Of a stretch of DNA of 64,000 bases, positions 11,966 through 25,930 are shown piece by piece. Positions within the stretch are counted from its first letter, which is position 1, and every line of letters starts with the position of its first letter. Under the pieces are notes generated by a model that did not search any database, was not told where the DNA came from, and was given only the letters and a program-made list of their open reading frames with translations. The DNA lies in the NCBI GenBank assembly GCA_037379345.1, contig CM074516.1, forward strand, positions 48,583,626 through 48,647,625. Reading direction: 5' to 3'. Source of the DNA: Perna viridis (lineage: Eukaryota). A program made the translations under genes and the position numbers.

Positions 11966-12326
11966 CTGGAAAATGTAGAACATATACATCAATTAGACCC
12001 CTCTCTTATGTTAGATGACATTTCAGTAGAATAAAGGACCAATCAATCTGTCTGTCTGTATTTTTTTCTGATTTTTGTACTGCAAAGGAGTCTAAATTGA
12101 TGGCTTTGCATTTATTTTTTTTAATTCCATGATCATAAAGTGCTTATTTATTTCTGTGGTGCACAGCTCGAGCTGTTTAAAAAATGTTTCTTTGATACAT
12201 GTACCATACTATAACCAATGTTGAAATTTCAGAGAAGAGCATTGATATTTTATAGCTGACTCCCACTGAAATATTACTAGCTACAAAAATGTATTAAAAT
12301 AAAACTATTCAAAACCTTACACTAAC

Positions 12327-12430
12327 CTGTAATATACTTTCTCCCTCAGAGAAACCATTGTGTGGGAAGAAGTGTGATCTACTTATAATATGGTGATGTG
12401 ATTCTAAATTATATCTGTCTGGTAATACAG
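12327..12430 (-). CDS. AHR: AHR coding exon 3 (HLH to PAS-A linker)
   Basis: 104 nt, acceptor TTTCAG, donor CAG|GTTAGT. Translates AVLPDRYNLESHHHIISRSHFFPHNGFSEGESILQ; EGESILQ matches vertebrate EGEFLLQ; phases fit both neighbours. Confidence 0.93.
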
Positions 12431-15400
12431 CTGAAATACAGAAACAGTTACCATCTAAAAAAAAACAGACCAACACAGGAGACTATCATGATAGTTAGGT
12501 TTCCTTAACATAATAACCACATAAATCACACAAAGATTTTTATACATATTTGTGGAGGACAATCTCCTTTCAATGGCTAGTTTTTTTCTCCAAAAAGCCA
12601 TCTGGATTCTGTCTTTCTAAGGAATCTTATCAGACTCTACTGTAATCTGAAGACTTCTGTTACCTATAAACCCAAGGACAAAAAGCAAAATGTGCATGTA
12701 ATGCAATCTCAAAATCTTTTCTCATTGAATAAAATCAAACATCTGGTCTGTAGTGTAAAACATACCTTCAAAGGACATGCTTTTATTGCATACTGAAAGC
12801 AGGTCACACATAGAATCAGTCAGGGCAGGCTGGGGGTCAACATTAGCCCATTTTTATGCTTCATTTAATCTTAAATACACCAATTACCTTTAAAGTTTGT
12901 AAGATAAATATTTGCGTCAAATTATCTCACTGTATGGTGAAGGTTTAACTTAATACAGTGTTGAATTAAATTCAAATTAAATGAAGCCTTTAAAGTATTT
13001 TTTAATCTTAAAAGATTGATTTTAACTAGAAACTTTTTTTGCATTAGAAGTTTGATTTGGTGTCCTTCATGGGACCCTTTATTCCTGAGATATTAATTGT
13101 CCATGAGTCAACTTCATACAATCTTACAATACTTATCTTTCTTCATTAATAAAATATTTTTTAATACCTGAATTTCTTAATTGTAATAATAAAATATATA
13201 TTTTAAATAACATTAGAATATCATTAGATACAATCTAAATTCAAAATTCCCCATAATAATGTAAATACAAGCAGACAATTTCCCAAAGAGTATAAGCTAA
13301 AATTACAAAGGTTTTTCTATTGTATTCACAGAACTTGCAATCCTTTTTAACACTTTTAATACTCTTCAAAGTCATTTACCAGCCCAGGAAACCTTAAAGC
13401 TATCTTTTGGCCTTACTTTACCTTATCACACCCTTGAAAGTAATACCTATATATAAAGGAGAAGCAGATTCTCTCTCTCCTGATAAATTCACACATTGAT
13501 TACAATATTTCCAAACTAAAATATACTATTTCTTACTACTGTTCATGTTCATTCAAACAAGAAAGGCAATACACTAATTAAAAATTTAATTTTAAAATTT
13601 GAAGAAATAAATTCTGTTCTAAACAAATTGAAAACCATATTCACCAGCCTTTATAGCACTAACTATAGTTTTTGATAGAGAAATATAATTTTGATTTATT
13701 TTGACTACTTTTCATTAGATGTCCTTACAAAAAACTGGAGCTAGGATGAAATGGCAAATATAACATTACACAGATAATTTAAATCAATGTGCATTTAATT
13801 GACCATCACAAAGAAATTCTTGGCTCTTCTACATCTTATTGTGAGGCTCATAAGGGGGAAATTGGTTTCAGTAAAGAGTTCTATTGACATTCTTTTTTCA
13901 ATCATAATTCCCATACTAAATATACAAGTTGTAAAGTTTCATCGTCATTGAGACTTTGAAATATGTTTCTTATTTTATTTATCAAAGCATGTGAATTTAG
14001 TGCTATTTATAGAACTTCACTTCTGATGGGCTATAATTAAACCAGATTTCTAATATAACATGCTTCAAACCTCTTTAGACCACACATATGGTAAAAAAAA
14101 GTGATTATCACATGACCAACATTTAGTGCAACACATAAGCTGCATCTATTAAAAAATATGAAGAACTAGTCCAATTAGAATCGATGGAAACTCCATTTAG
14201 CTCGGTGTAAAACAATGTGACATAAATGACTAGCCCATGGTAAAACAATGACAAAATAGAGTTTCCATGATTTATTTCTTAAATGAAACTCTGAGGATAG
14301 TGAGTTGACACAAAATGAGTTAGTCTTCTTCAGTATAAAATTTTAGTGTAGTGTTGAAAGAGAAATTGGCATTGTAGCTTAAGGAAAAGGGAACTGTTTT
14401 TTAGAAAACTGAAACCAAGCCTACAGCGTGGATGGCTAATCTTAAATCCAAGAATGAAGTCTTCCAAGTTGCTAATCATCAAATATTCTATGCCACTGAT
14501 TTTGGCTTGCTTTCAACATCCAGAATGGCACTTAGCAAGAATCTGATTTACTGATTACCAAGAAGTGCGGGAAATGTTTTCATTTCACAAGTAACCCTCA
14601 AATTGCTAGCGATCTTTGGGTCGCTTATGATATTGACCAGGGAACCAGATTTGGAACCAGATTAAACAACTGGCAATGACGATATATACATATCAGGGGC
14701 CCTGACAATGTATATGACCTATATAGTCAATTGTAACGAGCCCATGTCTGAATCGGAAACTGGGTAATATTCAATGCTATCTGATCAATTCATCTTTTAA
14801 TGTAAACTTCCCATCTTCATACCAGCAAAAAAAACACGTAGAACACATGTGTATGAAATTTAAGAGGTACATTTTGATTTAGTAATAAGCTAGAACTATG
14901 AAGCTATGATGGTAAACATGGCACCGATCAGCAGCTTAATGTGGAGTAGTAATATACAAATATGCAAATCATATACAAATGTAAAGTACTACAATTATGA
15001 GTGCAAGAAGTCGACTTGAAAAGACACAAAAAAATAATTTAATTCAAAATCATTCATTAAACAAAAATCAGGATCGTTCCCTTGGGTCCCTCCATACTTC
15101 TATAACATTATCTAGTGGCACTAAAACATTAGTTGAGAAAGTATGGATGCCAAGCACTTTAAAAATTATGATGAAACTTTATCCAATGACTGATTTGTTT
15201 TTGAAAGGTAATTAAAGGCATAAATCAAAGATAAATTTCCGCCTGTATTATAATAGACACAACAATAAGTTTCCTGTTGTTAGCTGTCGTTTTAATGGCA
15301 GCCAGATTTTGAAAAATTCTTGAAATTTAATGTGTGGCTTCACCTAAAATATTAAAAAAAAAAGTGAAAGATGAAAATGTTCTGATTTAAAACCTTCCTG

Positions 15401-15540
15401 TATTACAGGTTTCGATGTGTAAATAAAATCTTCATTCTCTGTAATTGTGCCATCTTATCCATTGTTTTCATTTTTTACTTTCAGAGATACCAATAATTTT
15501 CTGAAGCATCAAGCACCACAGGTGAGAAATGGTGACAGAT

Positions 15541-15650
15541 TTTTGTTTTGTTTGTTTGTTTGTTTGTTGGGGTTTAACGTCCGAGCAGCAATATTTCAGC
15601 TATATTCAGACGATGAATATGAAATTGATGATAAAATGAACATGAAAGTG
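15541..15650 (-). mobile_element. Probable SINE 3'-end fragment with (CAAA)n tail
   Basis: (TTTG)n followed by GGGGTTTAACGTCC..GCAATATTTCAGCTATAT, similar to mollusc SINE tail sequences as I recall them; not verified by search. Confidence 0.45.
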
Positions 15651-17396
15651 ACAGATTTTTATTTGAGTAAATTTTTAGTCATATTCGTATTGTCAAAACT
15701 CCTAAGATTTATTTTTTGATAATGAACTGAAAAAAAATAAATAAATAAATAAAGCAGAAAATGTTCATTATTTCACTTTCATTTGATGATGGTTATATTT
15801 TAGAAGTATGTTTCTTAAAGTACAAATAGGTTCAAAGGCATATGCTAAAAATCTCTATATATTAAAGGCTAAAATTCCTTATCTTTATCTTCTAATAAAA
15901 AAAAATTACAACTAAATAGTATGTTTATCTTTGACATTTTTTAATTAAAGCAATCTTCTAACACTTCAAAGCAGTTATAACATTATGAAATTTCCTAATT
16001 ACGAACTTCATATTTCAGCCAATCATCCGTAGAACTTGGATGAGAGCAAACTTTTGTCAAAAAGTGATAAAAATCTTTGAAATTGTCAAAGTATTTTGAT
16101 TGACGATACTAAACCAAGTTCAACGAAGGTGGTAAAAGCAAATACAAATGACATCGATCATATTTTCCATGTAGTCCAAATGTTCTGACACGTTTTCAAC
16201 AAATAATTAAGACAGTAACTTAGCTGAGGCCTAGAGAGCTAATATACTTTTTATTGATACCGTAATTAACAATCTTTGTTGAAGATGTGCTTGACCAACC
16301 AACCACGAAAACGCTACTCATCACGGACAACGACAAATAATTGTTTACAGCTGATGTTTATCACATTGTTGTCTAATGTCTCCCATTGAAAATAAATTTC
16401 CTGATAGAATTATGTTTACATATGAGTTGATTGAATATAACCTCAGAAGACTGTGGATATACTAGTACTATAGGGTAGAAATATCTCAACACATGGAAAC
16501 TGCTCATTTGTACGCAAAACTTAATCACAAATATCAAATCAAAGTCTACAGCTTTAACATGTAAATGTACTCACTAATTGATTTAACTTGCATGTTTGGT
16601 AATATCACATTGAAACACAGCTTTAACAACATAAAAGTTATTGCAAATGTCATGTGAACTTGATACAAATACCAAGACAAGACATTTAAAAAAATTTTTT
16701 TTACATTCATCAAAGCGAATACTCTCAAATTTGTGTTCTTTCATTTGTTACATAAGCAACTTATTTAGAAGTCTACAGTCATCCCCAAAATAACAGTATC
16801 TTTCATAAAGTATTGAAACATCAACACATTTCAGTCAAAATGGAGTAAAATAAAACTCCACTGAGTATTGACAATACTGTTACTCTGACAATAAATAACA
16901 CACTCTGGCCAAATCATTGACAGAGCCAAGCAGCATTTCTCTTCCTTCTTCAAACTCCCAAATCTCTTAAGATTCAATGAAAGTGTTGGTAATTAAAATA
17001 TTAATTGTTTATAGTGACAGCTTTACCACTGTCTCCATTTTTAAAATTTACATATAAATTTGGTTAGTGACACTTCGAAAAACAAAAAGTAGAAAAAAAA
17101 AGAATGATTATCTGGGACATCTCTGAGGGAATTCCTACCACGTTTTATTTTTCAGCCATCAATTATCAGAATGTCTTCATGGAGGACCAGGTGTGACAAG
17201 ATCTTGTACAAGTCCAACATATGGAACATCCACTATGACAAGTATTCTCACTTCATCCATCTCAGAATAATAAGATGTCATCTTTCTTTATTGATGGTCA
17301 TTTAGAAAAAGTTATCTCTAATTTAGAAATGGGACGGTGAGACACAGATAATATAGGGGATGAAGATATCAGGAGAATATAAGGGTGAGACGAGGT

Positions 17397-18165
17397 CAAA
17401 ATAGGGACTTGTGACACAAGAACAAAATAAGGGACGGTGAAACAGCCTGGTGAACATGAACAAATAAAAGATGGCAATATAGCCTAGTGAACATCAACAA
17501 AATAAAAGACAGCGAAACAGCCTGGTGAACAAGAACAAAATAAGGGAGGGCCATACAGCTTTGGGTGAACAAGAACAAAATAAGGGATGGTGATACTGCC
17601 TGGTGAGCAAGGACAAAATAAGGGACGACAATATAGCCTAGTGAACATGAACAAAATAAAAGACAGTCTTACAGCCTGGTGACACAAGAACAAAATAAGG
17701 GACAGGGATACAGCCTGGTGACACAAGAACAAAATAAGGAATGGGGATACAGCCTGGTGACACAAGAACAAAATAAGGGACGGCAATACAGCTTCGGGTG
17801 AACAAGAACAAAATAAGGGACAGAGATACAGCCTGGTGAAAAAGAACAAAATAAGGGACAGAGATACAGCCTGGTGAACAAGAACAAAATAAGGGATGGT
17901 GATACAACCTGGTGAACAAGAACAAAATAAGGGATGGTGATACAGCCTGGTAAACAAGGGCAAAATAAGGGATGGTGATACAACCTGGTGAACAGAAACA
18001 AAATAAGGGATGGTGATACAGCTTCAGGTGAAAAAGAACAAAATAAGGGACGGGATACAGCTTCGGGTGAACAAGGACAAAATAAGGGACAGTGATACAG
18101 CCTGGTGAAGAACAACAAAATAAGGAATGGTGACACAGCCTGGTGAACAAGGATAAAATAAGGCC
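17397..18165. repeat. Minisatellite, ~38-41-bp unit GAACAAGAACAAAATAAGGGAYGGTGATACAGCCTGGT x~19
   Basis: Tandem copies with small indels; this array explains the overlapping spurious minus-strand ORFs. Confidence 0.95.
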
Positions 18166-18204
18166 TGATGAGATAATGAAGAAATATCAGAAATATATAG
18201 TCCT

Positions 18205-18320
18205 GGTAAGACAAGTTTAAAATAGGGCTGATAAGACAAGATTAAAATAGGGCTGATAAGACAAGTTTAAAATAGGGCTGATAAGACAAGTTTAAAATAG
18301 AGGGTGTTAAGACAAGAACA
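18205..18320. repeat. Minisatellite, 25-bp unit TAAGACAAGTTTAAAATAGGGCTGA x~4
   Basis: Read directly; adjacent to and loosely similar to the preceding array. Confidence 0.9.
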
Positions 18321-20928
18321 AAGTGGGGAAAATGATGGCACATCACACATTCCTAGAAATCATCATAAAATATCAGTTGTCATCAAGACAAAACATTTCA
18401 TATTTCAGAACTTTTTTACATCTACTTCATGTGCTTTCTTAATAGAAGTTGTTGATCAATATGATATAACTTTTCCTGTTAGTTTATATATTTTTCTTTG
18501 GATAATATTATTTGAACAAATGTGTTGATGAAAACAAGAAATTAAAACAAAAACACATGAAACAATACAACACAGAATGAAGTTTTGGTTTTTGTCTGAG
18601 ACTTCAACTAGTCATTAACTACAGATAAAGGTATAATAACTTTAATTACATCTAACTCAATACCTTACTACAAATGAACAGAGGTTCAATCATCTCTATA
18701 ATGTATGACTTTTTCATTCCCATTCGTCCAAATCAATCCAGTGGAAAATTTGAACAAAAGCAACAATTTTATACTGTAATATAAGGATTATGATATCAAC
18801 TATGTACTAAATGTCAGTGGTTTTGACAGCAATGAATCATATTATACTGGTGTCCAGTTCAGACTTATCTGATCTTAAAATCATTGGTGAAAGAAAAGGA
18901 AATTGGGAAATATAGTCAGGAATGTGAAGTTTGGGAAATACCTTAAATTGTTGGAAATATATAGAATATTACAGATGCTAGAGGTAGAGAGATTTCAATG
19001 TTACCCAAGAATTATACCATAAATATCATTTCTACTGAGTGATACAAATCAGGAATGGACTTTTTATCCAATGTTATAAAAGGCTAAAAGTACTCTACAT
19101 AACGACAAAATATACTTGTACAACATTGGGTAAAGATTCATTACTGACGTCAGCAAAACAATTGTGATATTCTATTACAGATTTCAAGACAAATATATTA
19201 TCATCATTTATCAATATACAATGAGAATGGATACGGAGAATATGCAAAAGAGACAACAACACCCATCTGGATGAAAAAAGTTGGATACATGTATAACTTT
19301 AATTCATATTAAAATATATTTTTTCTTCAAAATAAAGAAGTTTAGATTAACAACTACATGTCCTGAATAAGAAATGAAAATTTGTCCACAATTTGATTCA
19401 AGGTTATTTTTTTACCTTTAAATGTTTATCAGCCATAAATGATTACTTTTCCTCAGGCTAAAGCCCTCCATCCAATATCAATGGTTGGACTGTTAACAAT
19501 GGCAATAATAAAAAAGTCATGTATGATGAAACTATAGGCAATACATTCTAACCCCTACATTACCACTCCTGTCAGAATCTTTACTCTAATCAGAAATCAA
19601 CCCTGCTCTGTCATCTGACCTAAGGATTAATGATTAGGTAATTCATGGTTGTCACCCCCGTCCTTTGAAACAGATCAATGTTGGCCATTATTTAATATAG
19701 TGTTGAATGCTATTAAGACCAAATACAGTCTTTTCCCTTCCTCTGACATTGATAAGTTTGATTCTGGCTCAAAATTCATTCTTTAGAACCATAAGGAATA
19801 ATGGTAATGATGGAGGCTGATTATTTGTAAAATAGAAATTAAATGAAAACCAATGTAATTACAAAATGGCTCAGGACAAAATGAAAAAAAATATTAAAAA
19901 AACTACAAAGAAAACTGGTCAATAGAAGAAAGATCTGATAGTTCCAACAAATTTTCACCTTAATCATTATGTAATTAAGTGAACTTTGATCAAAGCAAAC
20001 TTTTCTTAAATGAAAAAAAGTGCTCCAATGGAAATCATAAAAAAAAAATCTGATGTAAAAAGATTACAGTATAACTTTGATTAGTGGCAAATGTTAGCCT
20101 TTTGACAACATCTCCAATAAAATTCATCAGAAAAGTCTGTTATAAATATTTAATTATTAGATATGTCAAACATCTGGGAAAAACTTGATTTCACCTGTAA
20201 AAAATGAGCTGAACGGTACATACTTCTAAAGAAAATCCACGTCAGCAGGGGAGACGATTATAATTATGATATAATTAATTGGAAAGCTGATTTTATTTTC
20301 ATGGAAAACTGTCAATAATATGAACCCAATGGAGGCTATTCCTGTCAGATTTAAAGACCCGTCAACTGGCAACGTGTAGACAAGTTGATCCTACAGGGGA
20401 TGCTGGGAAGATTTTAATTACATTTGACGGCCATTTATAGTAATGATTGTGTAAATAGTAAACATGTTATATTTTTTATTGTTTGATGACAGAAGCTGCA
20501 GATAATGTACTTCCATAACAGGAAAGTGACATTTTATTCAGTAAATTTCATTTACAATTTCTATTCAATTTTCCAGCAATAAAAGATATTGTATAAAGTT
20601 TTTTTCATTCCCTATGTATATCCAGTAAAGACTACCCAGACTTATCAACTACCATTTATTTTCAACTCCCGTAAGCTTTTTAGTATGGAACAACCAAGGT
20701 TTACGTGTTCTTTTATTGTTCAATAACTAAAATTTTAATGTGGGTAAATATGTAGCTATTTTAACATCTAAAATTGGCCTTGAGTACATAAAAAGAGGAG
20801 GGGGTGTTAGTGTAAGAAGGGTATATACATCACAATCTCAGTATACACAGCAAAACCTACAAGCCAATAAATAGTTCTCCAAACAAAACAAAAAATCACT
20901 AGCTGTTAAGTACTTTCTATCAACTACC

Positions 20929-21058
20929 ATTTTATCATGTTTGAAAAGTAAAATACAATTTTCATTTTATCATGCCTGAAAAGTAAAACACAACTTTCAT
21001 TTTATCATGCCTGAAATGAAAAACAACTTTCATTTTGTTATGCCTGAGAAGAAAAACA
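20929..21058. repeat. Degenerate tandem repeat, ~33-35-bp unit x~4
   Basis: CATTTTATCATGCCTGAAAAGTAAAACACAACTTT-like copies. Confidence 0.8.
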
Positions 21059-22655
21059 AGCCTTATTTCCCACTGAAGGAAAGAATGTTTAGACAGAATA
21101 GATATCAGTTAAAACATCAAGGGTACAGGGTAACAGGATTTCATCTAATTAATGATTAATTATTAATTGCAATTACTGATATCAAGATATAACTGACAGT
21201 TCAAACAAAAATTTTGGTCAGTCTCTTATTCCCCGAGGACTGGAATAATATGTTAAATCAGCCTTCTCTGATTCCATTCAGTCACTGATGTATTAATTAA
21301 CAAAGAGAAAAAGTCCTTTACTAACGTTAATGCACATAAAATTGTTTAAAATGCATAAAAAATGGACAATACAGCAAAAATATATCTATCAATACTGGAA
21401 AAATTAGAACTTAATGTATTATATTTTTAAGAAAAAAATATTTTTCTCTAGATAATAAGATATTCAAGTTCCTTATCAACAGATGAACTCCTCTGATGAA
21501 GTTTTTACTTAAAAGGGCAAGAATGATTATGGAATAGACCATTTCTATCAGGGCTTATTTAAACAAGTCAGTTCAGTCATTAGTATCATGTTACACCAAT
21601 GATCCTACAAAATTTCTATTTTCAAATTGTATCCAACAAAAAAATTGAATACAGTAAGCAGTAGTTTAACTTCTGGCAATGAAATATCAGGTGTGAAATC
21701 TCCCGACTAATGATTGGAATCACTAATGACCACTGATCACTTTTTAACCACAATAATTATTACAGTTGTAAAATCTACAGAACAATTGTTTTGTTGACTA
21801 TCAGCTTGCATGCGACATGCGATGTGGCGTGGTACCAGTAGTGTTTTCATTGACAGAGAAGGTTCTTTATAGCCGTTATAACATCCAGACGCAACTTATA
21901 TAAATGTGTTCACCATGTTGCGTGCTGGACAAATTTGTTGGCGAGAGGAATTGTCGTTTCTATGTTTCCTGAAATAGGCGTTTAAAAAGTATTTGACTGA
22001 TCATGTGATATTTCCGTAAAGCCGTCACGATACATTTACTTTTTATATATGGAACATTTGGCGAAGAACTGAAAATGCTACATTGTCAAAATGGAGAGTT
22101 AAAAATACATACAAATAAGGTTAAAATGGCTATATTGCATGAGACAGGCACTTAATTTTGTATTATAACATTTTCACTTTAATGGTTAGATCAGAGTTAA
22201 CTAATATGTAATTACTGACACAGTAGTATTTTTCAGATGTCAGACTTTGGCTACATTATACAACAGAACATTTGTAAATGATTTAAAGCTTAATGTATTT
22301 TTTAGTTTATTAAATGGCAATAAATGGATAACAGTCGTACTAGGAATTAAGTACACTCTGTATTTAATTATTGTGAAAAAATATAAAGCATATTTTTACT
22401 TACGGTATTTTTAACATTTATTTGGGTTTTTGGAGCTCTGATTCTTGGAACAGATCCATTCTTAGTTAAATCAGATTTACAGAGTTCATTTTGAAACTTA
22501 AAACTTAAAACTGCTTAAGAAAGAAACAATTCTGTAAGTTTGAGCACAGTGTTAAAAAATTTGCTTTATAAAAAATGTTCACTTACAAATAAGACCATTA
22601 TCCTAGTATTCTCATGGTACTCTTAGATATACCCAATGTATTTCTTTACAAATTC

Positions 22656-22783
22656 AAAGTTTTACCCACTACAGGATTTATAAATGTACAGGTAACCAGT
22701 AAATAGTGAGGAACGCTGCTCCAAAGTTTTACCCACTACAGTATTTATGTACAGGTAACCAGTAAACAATGAGGAACCCTGCT
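22656..22783. repeat. Tandem duplication, ~66-bp unit x2
   Basis: CAAAGTTTTACCCACTACAG...GTACAGGTAACCAGTAAA...TGAGGAAC occurs twice. Confidence 0.8.
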
Positions 22784-24199
22784 TCACTTGTTACTTCATT
22801 ATTATTACTGCTAATTTTTTACATTTATTCAAATACACACTATATGTAGTACCTACTGTTGATACCTGTACAACCAAATAAAAACACATGTACAATTTTT
22901 TGTAGTTTAACTACATAATTGAAAGACTAACACTACAAATAGGGGAAAGTGTTGAGTGCTTCAATCAATTTTGAATTGTACCATATATAGCATCTGACCT
23001 CTTCCTACTATATACATCAGAATCTAGGGTAATGAAACAATACGCTAATTCATTTACATTGGACAATAAATCACATCCGATTTCTGGATAATTTTGATTT
23101 TTGGCATTTTTTGTGTCTCACATTTCCGTTAGCAGCAAATTATCCTAATGTACTGAGACAAGTTTTCCACAGAAATGGGCAGCAAATGGAGATTGGCAAT
23201 CTCTAAAACTTTTGATCATGGTTATCAATAGCATATAGATACAAGTCTATGAAAATTTCAGGCAAATTTTAAAATTTTTCTACAAGAGTAGGGTAAATTT
23301 TAAATGGTCCCACTTTGTGTGGACTTATAAAGCAGTATACTAAAAAATAAATATTCATAATGGAATAAAAAAATCACTTAACAGAATGCAGAAAATTAGA
23401 TTTGTTTAAATTTCTACCATAAAACCAAAAAAATATTTCTGAAATTAAAACAGAACTAACATCTAGGTCAATTAGGTAAAATTCATCATTCTCAATATTA
23501 TATTAAATCTTATTTGCCTGATATTCATAATGACAAATACTTAATTGCATATCAATACAAAATAAGACCCTGTAATTATTTGTCTGGCATATTTTACATT
23601 GCATAATGCCATCATTGTCTTTAATGGAATAAACACAGCTCTACAATGTCAGAGTGCTTCAATGCTTAAAACTAAGTGATAATTAAATTCTCCCAACTTG
23701 ATGGAATATAAAATATCTGTCAGTTTACAGACAAACAGAACAATATCTTCATTTATTTCTCTTCATAAAACAAATCAGCCAAAATATGAATTAAATAAAG
23801 CAGTAAATTCTATCACCATGGGACAATGAAAGTCAAGACAAACTCAGAGTAAAACAATATTTTTTTAAACTATTAATTTTCAAGAAAATATTTTGAACAA
23901 GACGTGTAGCCGAAGTGATAGGTGTTACTGGGTCTACTGAACCTTGTGTCATAGCACCACATGGAAGGAAATCCTACAAAAATAAACATACAGATATACA
24001 GACAGAAAACTTTCTACCACGTCATAAGAAATGTTTGTTTTGCTCTCCTCCACTCTTTAGATAGTTGTCATTATAATGTTAAGCCTCAATGAATAACACA
24101 GGAGTCTTTTTGGAATTTATTAAACTCTTGCATTTTGCCCCTGTACTGCGTAAAAAAACATCAGTAAATACTTTTCGATAGTTTCAAGAGACTGGCAAT

Positions 24200-24392
24200 A
24201 AGCTTCAACAGAGTATTTTGGGAAATTTCCAAGTTCAAAGGGGTATAACTCCCACCAAATAGGAAATCCAAGTACAACTAGATATGGTGTCCTTGCTATC
24301 TACAAACTTTCATGAAATTCAGTTGAGAAGTATCAGAGGAGTTGTAATGACAAACTGTGTGGTGGACAAATGGCCAAGTCAAAAACTATACA
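24200..24392 (+). mobile_element. Degenerate bivalve-type interspersed repeat (HINE-like core) relic
   Basis: Motifs TTCAAAGGGGTATAACTC and TTTCATGAAATTCAGTTGAG...CAGAGGAGTTG resemble common bivalve repeat cores and partly echo the 4381-5120 element. Confidence 0.4.
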
Positions 24393-25515
24393 TCTCACAT
24401 TATGATCTTAGATAAATTCTTGTTTATTGAAAATGTTTTTTTTTCTATTCTGAACATTTAATATAACTTTAATGATCAAACCAATGAAAGTATTTAGAAA
24501 ATTTAGAAACATCTGAAATCAAGTGTAGAAATATTAATTCTAAAATAACAACAAATTAAGTTGACATAAGGTCATTAAATCTTCATTACAGATTTCATGA
24601 AAACTGTAACTTCAATATAATAATAAACTAAAACAAATATACTCAGAATATCACAGCAGAAAACAGAGCTGGAAGGTAATAATTCTATGGAATACACAGA
24701 AATTCAACAATGTTTTAATTATATTAAATAAAAATCACCATCTGTTTTTTTATTTGCTTCAGGAAGCAATGTGTTAATCAGGCAAGGATTATTACTAATT
24801 AATTTCTTTTCCAATAAAAATATTTCATTTCCTAGAAAAAGTAAATCTTGACTTCTGTCTCTTTATAAAGGTAACAAGTATAATTTAGACTAATCACATT
24901 GAACCGACACATGTTAAAGTCATACTGCAATTCATGTACAACATTCAATGTATTTTCCACCGACTCTTGAATGCAACAATCCGATTTAGGAATTATAACG
25001 GTAAATTGATAAAGGATATAACCGTTTCTAATCCAAGTTAATATTGAATGATGACAAAAAAGGATGTTTAGGATCGAGAGGTTGGTCGAGCCGGTTAATA
25101 ATCGTTCTTTCATGTCTTCTAACTACTGTAAGCCTGGCAGTATAAAAGACTTTAAACCTAATTATTTAAACACAATCAACATTCAACAGAACTTCTATAC
25201 ATTGGCAGTTGGCCTCAAGGTGAAATATGCAAATTTCATTAATGGACATTTTTATTCCTTCAACATATATTATTCTGAAGTTACACTGCAGGGTATATTG
25301 GGTATCTTCAGGAGCTAATCAAGATTATTCTAGTCAAGCACTTTTTACTACATTGTATTAGGTCTTCATAATAATGAATTTCCAAAATATTAGGTTTACT
25401 GATTCTTGGCTTGCCATCCAGTGGAACTACAAAAATGTAACATGGAAATTTATTTCACTGTGACTTTCAAAAATAACTTCTAAAATAAACTGATACTGAC
25501 CAAAAAAGTGACCAC

Positions 25516-25930
25516 CAAGATAAACAATTCTGTTGATGGTGAATCATTGCTAACCAAGATAAACCATTACGTTGATGGTGATATTGCTAACCAAGATAAA
25601 TCATTATGTTGATGATGAATCATTGCTAACCAAGATAAATCATTCTGTTGATGAATCATGGCTAACCAAGATAAACCATTCTGTTGATGGTGAATCATTG
25701 CTAACCAAGATAAACCATTCTGTTGATGGTGAATCATTGCTAACCACGATAAACCATTCTGTTGATGGTGACATTGCTAACCAAGATAAACAATTCTGTT
25801 GATGGTGAATCATTGCTAACCAAGATAAACCATTCTGTTGATGGAGAATCATTGCTAACCACGATAAACCATTCTGTTGATGGTGAATCATTGCTAACCA
25901 AGATAAACCATTCTGTTGATGGTGAATCAT
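25516..25930. repeat. Minisatellite, 39-bp unit CCAAGATAAACCATTCTGTTGATGGTGAATCATTGCTAA x~11
   Basis: Read directly; unit length is a multiple of 3, producing spurious repetitive ORFs. Confidence 0.96.

Noticed and set aside
17396-18239. Cys/Leu/Phe-rich minus-strand ORFs in three frames
   Set aside because: Products of the ~39-bp tandem array; not needed for AHR frame continuity.
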